This document shows positions 1-8,030 of a stretch of 29,301 bases of DNA, one piece after another. The stretch comes from Steroidobacteraceae bacterium (lineage in GTDB: Bacteria; Pseudomonadota; Gammaproteobacteria; Steroidobacterales; Steroidobacteraceae). The notes beneath the pieces were generated by a model. The model saw only the letters and a list, made by a program, of their open reading frames with translations. It searched no databases and was not told the origin of the DNA. The position numbers and the translations under genes were made by a program. Location: positions 1-29,301 of the forward strand of contig DASTQG010000405.1 of the NCBI GenBank assembly GCA_035761885.1, in the 5' to 3' direction. Numbering within the stretch: the stretch's first letter is position 1; each line of letters opens with the position of its first letter.

Positions 1-1
1 C

Positions 2-1771
2 GCGCTCGAGGGCGAGGCGCGCCAGGTGCTCGAGGTCGCCGAGAACAGCGAATCCTCGGCACGCTTCCGCCTGCGCACGCTCACGAAGCTGGGCCCTGCG
101 AAGCTTCGCTTCACCGCGAGCAGCGGCGAGGCCAGCGCTCGGCGCACGATCGGCCTCAGCGTCCGGCCGGCGACGCCGTTCATGACCACCACCGCGGCGG
201 GCTCGCTGCGCAAGAGCAGCCTCGATGTGCCGATCGAGCGCTCCATGTATCCGGAGCACCGCACGCTCGAGGCAAGCCTGTCGCTGCTGCCGCTCGCGAT
301 CGGCCACGGCCTGGTGGTCTATCTCGACAACTATCCGTACCTGTGCACCGAGCAGCTCGTCAGCCGCGCCGTGCCCGCGCTGGTGCTCGCCGAGCGCCCC
401 GAGTTCGGTGCGCTGCAGGCCAGGGGCGGCGCGACGATCGAAGATCTCATGAGCGAGCTGCGGCAGCGGCAGAACGACGCGGGTGCGTTCAAGCTCTGGC
501 CGGGCGGCAACCAGGTCGCCGAGTTTCCGTCCCTGTACGCCCAGCATTTCCTGCTGGAGGCGCTGGAGATGCGTCGCTCCGTGCCCGACGACGTGGTGCA
601 CGCCGCCAACGGCTGGCTGCGGCAGCTCGCCGCGCGCGATGGCGACAACCTCGCCGAGGAGCGGCACAGCGCCTACGCGATCTACCTGCTGGTGCGCCAG
701 GGCCATGTGATGTCCACGCAAGCCGCGCGCCTGCACAAGCGGCTGCGTGAGCGTTACAAGGGCGAGTGGGAGCAGGATCTCGCTGCCGCGTGGCTCGCGG
801 CCGCGTATCGGCTCATGCGCCAGGAGAGCGACGCCACGCGCACCGTCGGCGATCTCACGTTCGGATCGGGTCAGCGCACCGACGCCTACAGCGATTCGAT
901 GACGCGCGACGCGCTGCTCCTGTACGTGCTCTCGCGTCACTTCCCCGAACGTCTGCCCGCGCTGCGCGCACAGGTGCTGGAGAGCATCGTGGGACGCGTC
1001 AACCGCAACCTCTATCACTCGCTGTCCGCCGGGACGACACTGCTCGCGCTCGACCGCTACGCCCGTGCGCTTCCACCCGAGGCCGCGAGCGGGCTGCGCG
1101 CCGACGAGATCCTGCGCGACAAGCGGCTGCGGCGACTGGAGCTGCCCGCTTCACTCCTGCCGAAGGTGGATTTCACCGACGACGCGGTGGCGCTGCGCTT
1201 CACCAGCGGCTCGAACCTCAACGCCTACTACGCGGTGACGCTCGCGGGCTTCGACCGCAACGCGCCCGTGCAGGAGATCCGCGACGGCTTCGAGATCCTG
1301 CGCGAGTACCTCGACACCGACGGCAGGCCGGTCGCGAAGGTCAAGCTCGGCGAGCAGCTGGACGTGCGGCTGCGCTACCGCGCGCTGGATCGCAAGACGA
1401 TCACCGACGTCGCTCTGGTCGACCTGCTGCCCGGCGGCTTCGAGCTGGTGATCCCGCCGCGCGAATCGCTGTCGACGCTGTACCAGGCTGGCCCGACCGA
1501 CAGCGCGTCGGATGTACCGGCCGCCGACAGCTACCAGTCCTGCACGTTCTGCAGTGCGACTTCGCGGACCTGGCTGCAATACGCCGATGCGCGCGAGGAT
1601 CGCGTGGTCTTTTACGCAAACCTCGACGGCAATTTCCACGAGCTCACCTATCGCATCAAGGCGACCAACGTCGGCCAGTACGCCGTGCCGCCCGCGTATG
1701 GCGAAGCGATGTACGACCGCAGCTCGCGGGCCCGTTCGCTGGCCGGCTCGATCGAGGTGATCCGGCCATGA
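2..1771 (+). CDS. Bacterial alpha-2-macroglobulin (YfhM-like), C-terminal part; 5' end lies outside the window
   Basis: Frame is open from nt 2. Thioester motif YPYLCTEQ (CTEQ at 344-355) and A2M C-terminal motifs (VDLLPGGFE, DAREDRVVFY, YAVPPAYGEAMY). ATGA overlap with pbpC matches the known A2M-pbpC operon. Confidence 0.95.
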   Translation, partial: ALEGEARQVLEVAENSESSARFRLRTLTKLGPAKLRFTASSGEASARRTIGLSVRPATPFMTTTAAGSLRKSSLDVPIERSMYPEHRTLEASLSLLPLAIGHGLVVYLDNYPYLCTEQLVSRAVPALVLAERPEFGALQARGGATIEDLMSELRQRQNDAGAFKLWPGGNQVAEFPSLYAQHFLLEALEMRRSVPDDVVHAANGWLRQLAARDGDNLAEERHSAYAIYLLVRQGHVMSTQAARLHKRLRERYKGEWEQDLAAAWLAAAYRLMRQESDATRTVGDLTFGSGQRTDAYSDSMTRDALLLYVLSRHFPERLPALRAQVLESIVGRVNRNLYHSLSAGTTLLALDRYARALPPEAASGLRADEILRDKRLRRLELPASLLPKVDFTDDAVALRFTSGSNLNAYYAVTLAGFDRNAPVQEIRDGFEILREYLDTDGRPVAKVKLGEQLDVRLRYRALDRKTITDVALVDLLPGGFELVIPPRESLSTLYQAGPTDSASDVPAADSYQSCTFCSATSRTWLQYADAREDRVVFYANLDGNFHELTYRIKATNVGQYAVPPAYGEAMYDRSSRARSLAGSIEVIRP

Positions 1772-4083
1772 AGAAGTGGGTGATCGGGCTGGGCGTGCTG
1801 CTCGCGGCGTGTTGCGCGCTCGCCGCCGTGCGCTTCGCGCCGCGCCCGCCGCTGTCGGCGTCGATTCCTTCGTCGACGGCGGTGCTCGATGCGAACGGTC
1901 GGCTGTTGCGCCTGACCCTGGCGGCGGACCAGCAGTACCGGCTCTGGACTTCGCTCGAAGACATCTCGCCCGATCTGATCGAAGCACTGCTGCTGTACGA
2001 GGACCGTCACTTCCACCGCCACCTGGGCGTGAATCCGATCGCCGCGGTGCGCGCGGCGGCCGCGACGTTCTCGGGGGGCACGAGGCGCGGCGCCTCCACG
2101 CTCACCATGCAGCTCGCGCGCCTCAAGTACGACCTGAACACCCGCCACGTGAGCGGCAAGCTGCGCCAGATGGTTTGTGCGCTCTGGCTCGAAGCGCGCT
2201 ATTCCAAGAGCGAGCTGCTCGAGGCGCACCTGAACCTCATGCCCTACGGCGGCAACGTGCAGGGCGTCGGCGCGGCGAGCCTCATCTATTTCGGCAAGCG
2301 GCCCGGCGACCTCTCGCTGGGCGAAGCGTTGACCCTGGTCGTCATCCCGCAGTCGCCCGCGCGGCGCAATCCCGGCGCCGGCGCGGAGCCCGCGGATCTC
2401 GTGGCCGCGCGCGCGCGACTGCTCGAACAGTGGACGCGCCTGCATCCACTCGCGCGTGAACGGGCGCTGGCGTCCTTGCGCTATGCGGGTCCTCGCAACC
2501 TGCCGTTCGAGGCGCCGCACCTGGTCGATGCCATGCTCGCGCGCGAGCGCCCGGGCATCGGCGACCCGCGCCGCATCCGGACCACTCTCAACCTGACCCA
2601 GCAGCGATTGCTCGAACGCGTGCTCGGAAACTACGTGAGCGAGCGCAATCGCGTCGGTATCCGCAACGCCTCCGCGCTGCTGGTGGACCATCGCGACATG
2701 AGCGTGCGCGCCGTGGTCGGCTCGGCGCGTTTCTTCGATCCCGATATCGCCGGGCAGGTGAACGGCACCCTCGCCAGGCGCTCACCGGGATCCGCGCTCA
2801 AGCCGTTCATCTATGCGCTCGGTATCGACCAGGGCCTGATCCATCCGCTCACCGTGCTCGAGGACGCACCCACCTCGTTCGGGCCGTTCAGTCCCGAGAA
2901 CTTCGACGGCCGCTTCGTCGGTCCGGTGAGCGCCACGCAGGCGCTGGTGCGCTCGCGCAACGTGCCGGCGGTCGCGCTCTCGGCGCGGCTGCGGCAACCC
3001 TCCTTCTACCAGTTCCTGCAGTCGGCGGGCGTTGCGCGCATGCAATCCGAACGCCATTACGGTCTCGCGCTCGCGCTCGGCGGCGGCGAAGTGACGATGG
3101 AAGAAACCGCCGTGCTGTACGCGATGCTCGCGCAGCGCGGCGTCCTGCGACCCCTGCGCTACCTCGCCGCGGACCCCGAGGTCGAAGGGGCGCGGTTGCT
3201 CTCGGAAGAAGCGAGCTTCATGACGCTCGACATGCTGGAGCAGAACGCCCGCCCGCACGACACGACGGTGCGGCCGCGCGGACACCTGCCGGCGGCCTGG
3301 AAAACCGGAACGTCCTGGGGTTTTCGCGACGCCTGGGCCGCCGGGGTGTTCGGTCCCTACGTGCTGGTGGTGTGGATCGGCAACTTCGACGGCAGCGGCA
3401 ATCCGGCGTTCGTGGGCGCGGAAGCCGCGGCGCCGCTGTTCTTTCGCATCCTCGATGCGCTGCATGCCGCGGAGCCGGAGATGAGCGCGCCGGTGTTCCG
3501 CCAGCCCCCGAACCTCGCGCGCGTGGAAGTGTGCGCGGATTCCGGCGACCTGCCGAACGCCGATTGCCCGCGCACCGCAAGCACCTGGTACCTGCCCGGA
3601 CGCTCGCCGATCCGGGTGAGCACCGTGCACCGGCGCGTATGGATCGACACCCGCACGGGATTGCAGGCGTGCGAGGCGCGCGATGGCCCCCACGTGCGCT
3701 CCGAGGTGTTTGAATTCTGGCCGAGCGACCTGCTGGCTTTGTTCGAACAGGCGGGCATGCCGCGGCGCCGTCCGCCACCGCCGGGCGACTGTGGCTCGGA
3801 CGCCTTTGCCGGCAGCGCGCCCCGGATCACCTCGCCCGTCACCGCCGCGACCTACACGTTGCGCGCGGCGCGCACCGGCAGCGAAAGCGTTCCGCTGGCC
3901 GCGCGCGCGGATTCGGACGTTCGCACGCTGCACTGGTTCGTCGACGAGGCCTACGTGGGCTCGGGCGTGCCGGGCATTGCGGTGCCCTGGACGCCGCCGC
4001 GCACCGGGTCTTTCGTGGTGCGCGCGATCGACGATCGCGGCAGGGCGGACAGCCGGCCACTAAGGGTTGCGATCGTGCGGTAG
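1768..4083 (+). CDS. pbpC: Penicillin-binding protein 1C (transglycosylase/transpeptidase with C-terminal domain), 771 aa
   Basis: ATG at 1768 overlaps the A2M TGA. N-terminal TM anchor, GT51 motifs (EDRHF, GASTLTMQLAR, ELLEAHLN), transpeptidase motifs SALK, SRN and KTG. The first 334 codons of the 766..4083 ORF are a shadow frame. Confidence 0.95.
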   Translation: MKKWVIGLGVLLAACCALAAVRFAPRPPLSASIPSSTAVLDANGRLLRLTLAADQQYRLWTSLEDISPDLIEALLLYEDRHFHRHLGVNPIAAVRAAAATFSGGTRRGASTLTMQLARLKYDLNTRHVSGKLRQMVCALWLEARYSKSELLEAHLNLMPYGGNVQGVGAASLIYFGKRPGDLSLGEALTLVVIPQSPARRNPGAGAEPADLVAARARLLEQWTRLHPLARERALASLRYAGPRNLPFEAPHLVDAMLARERPGIGDPRRIRTTLNLTQQRLLERVLGNYVSERNRVGIRNASALLVDHRDMSVRAVVGSARFFDPDIAGQVNGTLARRSPGSALKPFIYALGIDQGLIHPLTVLEDAPTSFGPFSPENFDGRFVGPVSATQALVRSRNVPAVALSARLRQPSFYQFLQSAGVARMQSERHYGLALALGGGEVTMEETAVLYAMLAQRGVLRPLRYLAADPEVEGARLLSEEASFMTLDMLEQNARPHDTTVRPRGHLPAAWKTGTSWGFRDAWAAGVFGPYVLVVWIGNFDGSGNPAFVGAEAAAPLFFRILDALHAAEPEMSAPVFRQPPNLARVEVCADSGDLPNADCPRTASTWYLPGRSPIRVSTVHRRVWIDTRTGLQACEARDGPHVRSEVFEFWPSDLLALFEQAGMPRRRPPPPGDCGSDAFAGSAPRITSPVTAATYTLRAARTGSESVPLAARADSDVRTLHWFVDEAYVGSGVPGIAVPWTPPRTGSFVVRAIDDRGRADSRPLRVAIVR

Positions 4084-4139
4084 AGTTGCAGCGTCCGGCA
4101 GCCCGCGCACACGCCGCACGGGCCCGAAAGGGAGGCGCT

Positions 4140-4916
4140 ATGAGCTCGTTCTCGGTCGTCTACTGGATCGCCGGCGGTCTGCTGGTCGCCATGTTCGTGA
4201 TGATGGAGATCGGGCGCAGGCTGGGCGCGCTGCGCCGGCAGCGCGATCCCGAAGGCTCTCGCGCCGGCACAGGGGTGGTCGAGAGCGCGTTCTTCGTCCT
4301 GCTCGGACTGCTGATCGCGTTCACTTTCTCAGGCGCGGCCTCGCGCTTCGACGATCGCCGCCAGCTGGTGATCGAGGAGACCAACGACATCGGCACCGCC
4401 TGGCTGCGGATCGACCTGCTGCCGGCGCAGTCGCAGGAACCGATGCGCCAGCTCTTTCGCGACTACCTGGACTCGCGCCTGAAGACCTATCGCGACGTCC
4501 AGGAGGGCCAGATGCCGCACGCCGAGCTCCAGCGTACGCGCCAATTGCAGGACGCCATCTGGAAACTGGGCGTGACCGCGATGCAGGAACAGGGTTCGCC
4601 CGCCGCCACCACGCTGTTCCTGGGGGCGCTGAATACGATGATCGACATCACCACGACGCGCTCCGCGGCGACGACGCTCCACCCTCCTCGGATCGTGTTC
4701 TTCCTCCTGATCGTGCTGGTACTCGCGGGCTCGCTGCTCGCCGGGGATGGCATGGCGGAAGGCTCGAAGCGCAGCTGGCTGCACGTGATCGGCTTCGCGT
4801 TGCTGATGTCCTTCACCGTCTACGTGATTTTCGACATCGAATATCCACGCCTGGGGTTCATCCGCGTGGACGCGATCGATCAGCTGCTGGTCGAGCTGCG
4901 CCGCTCGATGGGGTGA
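4140..4916 (+). CDS. Membrane protein, DUF4239/bestrophin-like family, 258 aa
   Basis: GGAGG upstream of ATG 4140. Four hydrophobic segments and motifs LLGLLIAFTFSGA, RRQLVIEETNDIGTAWLRIDLLP and DIEYPRLGFIRVD. Confidence 0.8.
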   Translation: MSSFSVVYWIAGGLLVAMFVMMEIGRRLGALRRQRDPEGSRAGTGVVESAFFVLLGLLIAFTFSGAASRFDDRRQLVIEETNDIGTAWLRIDLLPAQSQEPMRQLFRDYLDSRLKTYRDVQEGQMPHAELQRTRQLQDAIWKLGVTAMQEQGSPAATTLFLGALNTMIDITTTRSAATTLHPPRIVFFLLIVLVLAGSLLAGDGMAEGSKRSWLHVIGFALLMSFTVYVIFDIEYPRLGFIRVDAIDQLLVELRRSMG

Positions 4917-4945
4917 GCGTGCACGGGCACGCTCCCCCGGAACGC

Positions 4946-5650
4946 TCAGTCCTCGCTCGTGGAGAACTGAGATTCGACGAACGTGACGTTGCCGTTCCGC
5001 GCGATCGTTGCAATACCCACCTGGTAGTCCGCTCCGGGCACGAGCAGCGCCGGGGGAACAGCGAAGCTCGTGACCGACGCGGGCACGTTGACCGTGAGCG
5101 ACTGCTCAGGGTCCGCCGACTCGTTCTCGAATTCCACCAGGTACTGCGCCACGCCGGGCACGGCCGACCACTGGATCGTGAGCTCTCCCGTGCCGACACT
5201 GGCGTCCGGGGCGGGATTCAGGATGACCGTGGGCTCGGGCATCTGGTGCGACAGGCGCGCGCGGCTCCGGAACTTCTCGCCGGTCACTGAAATACCGGTG
5301 AAGGTGTACCAGCCTTGCGGATAGGACGCGAGAATGGCGTCGCCCTCGGGTTCGGGCGATTCGAAGCTGAACTCGCGCAGCCCCATCACGGTGTGATCTG
5401 GGCTCGCCAGCAGCACCACGGGCCGGCCGTGCGGTGTGCGGATCGAGAGGTAGACGAGCCCGTCGTCACCGGCGAGGGCCTCGATCACGATCTCGGTGTC
5501 GCCATCCGTGGCATTGCGCTCGACCACGATCGAGGCGACTTCGAAGGGTGCGGGTGCAGGCCACCCTGCGCTCGCGGAACCGCTCAGAACGATCGCGCAC
5601 GAACCCAGCATGACGGCGGCGCAGCGCCGCAGCCCGACGAAACCGGACAT
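4946..5650 (-). CDS. Exported hypothetical protein with C-terminal fibronectin type III-like beta domain, 234 aa
   Basis: GGGGAG RBS before ATG 5650. Signal peptide ending SASA; C-terminal TIQWSAVPG...YQVGIATI resembles Fn3. Confidence 0.7.
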   Translation of the reverse strand: MSGFVGLRRCAAVMLGSCAIVLSGSASAGWPAPAPFEVASIVVERNATDGDTEIVIEALAGDDGLVYLSIRTPHGRPVVLLASPDHTVMGLREFSFESPEPEGDAILASYPQGWYTFTGISVTGEKFRSRARLSHQMPEPTVILNPAPDASVGTGELTIQWSAVPGVAQYLVEFENESADPEQSLTVNVPASVTSFAVPPALLVPGADYQVGIATIARNGNVTFVESQFSTSED

Positions 5651-5716
5651 CGTATTCTCCCCGTGATTGCCGACTACAGTTAGACCTCTGCAGGCGGCGC
5701 AATCCATCGCGACTGG

Positions 5717-6106
5717 TCAGAGTTTCGCGCCGTGGGCGGCGAGCAGCTCGCGCAGCACGGAGCGGTGGCAGCGCGATTCGTCGGCGCAGTAGCAGCCGAC
5801 TGAGAAATTCGTCTGGTGTGAGAGCGCTGCCAGCAGATCGAGGGCGCGTCGCGCCTCCGGTTCCTTCATCTCGGCCCGGTAGCGGCGCACGAATTTCTTC
5901 CATGCCGCCCCGGTGTCGGCGGCGAGCGCCTCTTTCAGCAAAGCCTCGCTGGGCGCGAGCTGCGGAAACCACACGTCGTAGAAGTCACGCGAGGCGTACG
6001 CGCTCTTCGGCACGCCGCGCGGAGGCCGGCGGACCGTGCCGATGCGCAGGCCCTCGTCCTTCGCGCGCGCACTGCCCAGGCGCACGATGCGGATCACGGC
6101 GCGCAC
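5717..6106 (-). CDS. DUF488 (YeaO-like) family protein, 129 aa
   Basis: Motifs GTVRRPPRGVPK, DVWFPQLAPS, YRAEM and CYCADESRCHRSVL. GTG start. Confidence 0.85.
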   Translation of the reverse strand: MRAVIRIVRLGSARAKDEGLRIGTVRRPPRGVPKSAYASRDFYDVWFPQLAPSEALLKEALAADTGAAWKKFVRRYRAEMKEPEARRALDLLAALSHQTNFSVGCYCADESRCHRSVLRELLAAHGAKL

Positions 6107-7062
6107 CCCGAAGGCAGCGGTTTGAAGTCCTTGAGCGTGCTTTGATACTTGTACACGACGGTGAGCTCGTCACTGTCAGTGGCGCTGCGCCGGGTCGTGC
6201 TCCTGAGCCGGTAGGGCCGCAACGTGTCCGGGTCGGCAATGAGCTCGAGCGTCGTCACGACATCCATCTTGCCGCTGCCGCCCGCGTTCTTCGCCATCTG
6301 CGGGAACGTCTTGCGCAAGCGAGCGTAGGCGCGCTCGAGGTCCCCCGCATCCGGCCGGCTCACGCGACGGATCTTCACGCACTGCTCGTCCACCATGCGT
6401 TCGTGGCAGGGAAGCCGTTCGAGCGCGCTGATCTCGTGACGCGTGCGGATGCTCGAGTCGCCCAGCGAAGGCAGCGCGACGGCTTCCACCGAATCCTGGC
6501 GCAGCGTGTCCCCGAGCTCGACCTCCTTGCCCGCCCAGTCGCCCACGATCGCGTTCCAGTGCTGGCGCGCCTGCAGGCTCAGCACCTCGCGCGAGGTGAT
6601 CTGCTCGATCCAGCGGCGCGCTTCGGGCGAGGATGAACCCGAGGTCTCGGTGAAATACTGCCGCGCCTTGTCGCGCTGACAGGTGTAGTCCGCAAGGCCC
6701 ACGAACCCGCCGCCGCTGGCAATGCGCCAGTCCGGGATCAGGCCCATGAACTGCACCAGCACCGCGCTGCGCGCACCCGACTTGACCACGCGCCCGTCGT
6801 TGCGCACCACGAGGTCCGCCGCGCGCACGCGATAACCGTCGCTGTCGCGCAGCGCCTGCAGGCGGTAGGTCACGCGAATGCTCACCGTGCGCTCGCCCAC
6901 GCGGATGCGACGCGAGGCGTCCACGTCGGCCTCCAGCGTGCGTCCCCAGCCGAAACTCAAGGGAATCTCCTGTGCGAAGGCGGGCGGGCATGCGAGCAGA
7001 AGTGCAGTGGCGCAGGAGCGCCACGCGCGCGAGCCAATGGATGCAACCTCGAGCCTCACCAT
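6094..7062 (-). CDS. Hypothetical exported protein, 322 aa
   Basis: Long ORF filling the gap between rlmH and the DUF488 gene, with ordinary amino acid composition and a signal-peptide-like N-terminus (ALLLACPPAFA). No family recognised. Confidence 0.65.
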   Translation of the reverse strand: MVRLEVASIGSRAWRSCATALLLACPPAFAQEIPLSFGWGRTLEADVDASRRIRVGERTVSIRVTYRLQALRDSDGYRVRAADLVVRNDGRVVKSGARSAVLVQFMGLIPDWRIASGGGFVGLADYTCQRDKARQYFTETSGSSSPEARRWIEQITSREVLSLQARQHWNAIVGDWAGKEVELGDTLRQDSVEAVALPSLGDSSIRTRHEISALERLPCHERMVDEQCVKIRRVSRPDAGDLERAYARLRKTFPQMAKNAGGSGKMDVVTTLELIADPDTLRPYRLRSTTRRSATDSDELTVVYKYQSTLKDFKPLPSGCAP

Positions 7063-7120
7063 CCCAGCCTACCGCCAACGCGGGCCGGCGCAACAGCGCG
7101 CCGCGTCACATCCCGCCTGC

Positions 7121-7591
7121 TCAGGCGCGATGGTAAGGGTGCCCCTTGAGAACGCTCTGGGCACGGTAGATCTGCTCGGCGAGCACGACGCGCACCAGCG
7201 CGTGCGGCAGTGTGAAGGCGGAGAGCGAAAGACGCAGGTTCGCGCGCTGCAGGCATTCGGGCGCGAGGCCGTCGGGCCCGCCGACCAGGAACAGTACGTC
7301 GCGACCGTCGCCCAGCCGCTCGGCGAGCCATTTCGCGAGCTGCTCGGTGCTCAGGCTCTTGCCGGTCACATCGAGCGCCACGACGTAGTCGGCCGGATCG
7401 ATGGCGGCCAGCATGCGCTTGCCCTCCTCAGCCACGGCTCGCGAGGACTTGTCGTTCGCGGTGCGCTTGCCGAGCGGGAGCTCGTCGATCTCCAGGCGCA
7501 CCTCCGGTCCCAGGCGCCGCGTATAGTCCTCGACGCCGGCCTCGACCCACGCCGGCATGCGCGTTCCCACCGCGAGCACGCGTATCAGCAC
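7121..7591 (-). CDS. rlmH: 23S rRNA (pseudouridine1915-N3)-methyltransferase RlmH
   Basis: IRVLAVGTRMPAWV, FLVGGPDG, LSLSAFTLPHALVRVVLAEQIYRA and GHPYHR are SPOUT/RlmH signatures. Confidence 0.97.
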   Translation of the reverse strand: MLIRVLAVGTRMPAWVEAGVEDYTRRLGPEVRLEIDELPLGKRTANDKSSRAVAEEGKRMLAAIDPADYVVALDVTGKSLSTEQLAKWLAERLGDGRDVLFLVGGPDGLAPECLQRANLRLSLSAFTLPHALVRVVLAEQIYRAQSVLKGHPYHRA

Positions 7592-7722
7592 TTGCCAACC
7601 TCCGGCATGCTTTCATGACCTGTGGCCATGACGTCAAAACCGCGCATTCTGGATCGCACAGCAACAGTCTATTTCCACCCGGCCGCTTTTTCGCACGCTG
7701 GCGCTTGCCCAGAATTCCACCC

Positions 7723-7814
7723 ACGCGCGGAACCCCATTCCCCGGCCACCCCTCCTCCCCCTGCGGTGGCCCGCGCGATCTGAAGGCGCTGCCCTCACCG
7801 GCAGCGCCTTTTTT
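7723..7814 (+). ncRNA. Candidate ~92-nt small RNA with C-rich (anti-Shine-Dalgarno) loops
   Basis: A strong + strand terminator has no + strand ORF upstream of it. Stem GGCCACC/GGTGGCC (7744-7750/7765-7771) encloses CCTCCTCCCC; outer stem CGCGCG/CGCGCG. A -10-like CAGAAT lies at 7710-7715. The 5' end is inferred. Confidence 0.45.
7783..7814 (+). terminator. Rho-independent terminator
   Basis: AAGGCGCTGCC-ctcacc-GGCAGCGCCTT, a perfect 11-bp stem that runs into a T6 tract (7809-7814). Confidence 0.8.
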
Positions 7815-7837
7815 CTTGCGCTGAAGGCAAGAGGACG

Positions 7838-8013
7838 GGCCACGAAATACACGAAAGGACACGAACAAGAATGAAGCGGAAGAGTTAGCCACAGAAACAC
7901 ACGGAAGCACACAGACGAAGAGAAGTCGCCTCTTCCTTCTGTGTGTTTCCGTGTGTTTCCGTGGCTATTCTCCTTCTGTCTTCCTTTCGTGTCCTTTCGT
8001 GTTTTTCGTGGCC
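7838..8013. repeat. 176-bp nested imperfect palindrome built from ~10-nt (A)CAC(G/A)(G)AA subunits
   Basis: Outer arms 7838-7865 / 7986-8013 pair at 27/28. Inner arms 7886-7915 / 7938-7967 pair at 28/30. Left half is purine-rich and right half pyrimidine-rich. Confidence 0.9.
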
Positions 8014-8030
8014 ATCCCTCTTCCCCCATA

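Noticed and set aside
766-1767. 334-codon N-terminal extension of the pbpC ORF
   Set aside because: It is a shadow frame overlapping the A2M gene, is Arg/Ala-rich, and PBP1C homology starts at ATG 1768.
4915-4934. GAGCGTGC-ACGG-GCACGCTC hairpin with an ACGR loop like a guanidine-II (mini-ykkC) riboswitch
   Set aside because: There is only one hairpin where the riboswitch needs two, and it lies at the 3' ends of convergent genes. It is more likely a weak terminator.
7838-8013. Short ORFs (7634..8191 minus, N-terminal extension of 7941..9005) running through the nested palindrome
   Set aside because: The translations are low-complexity by-products of the repeat (KTRKDTK, CFRVF) with no RBS or recognisable domain.
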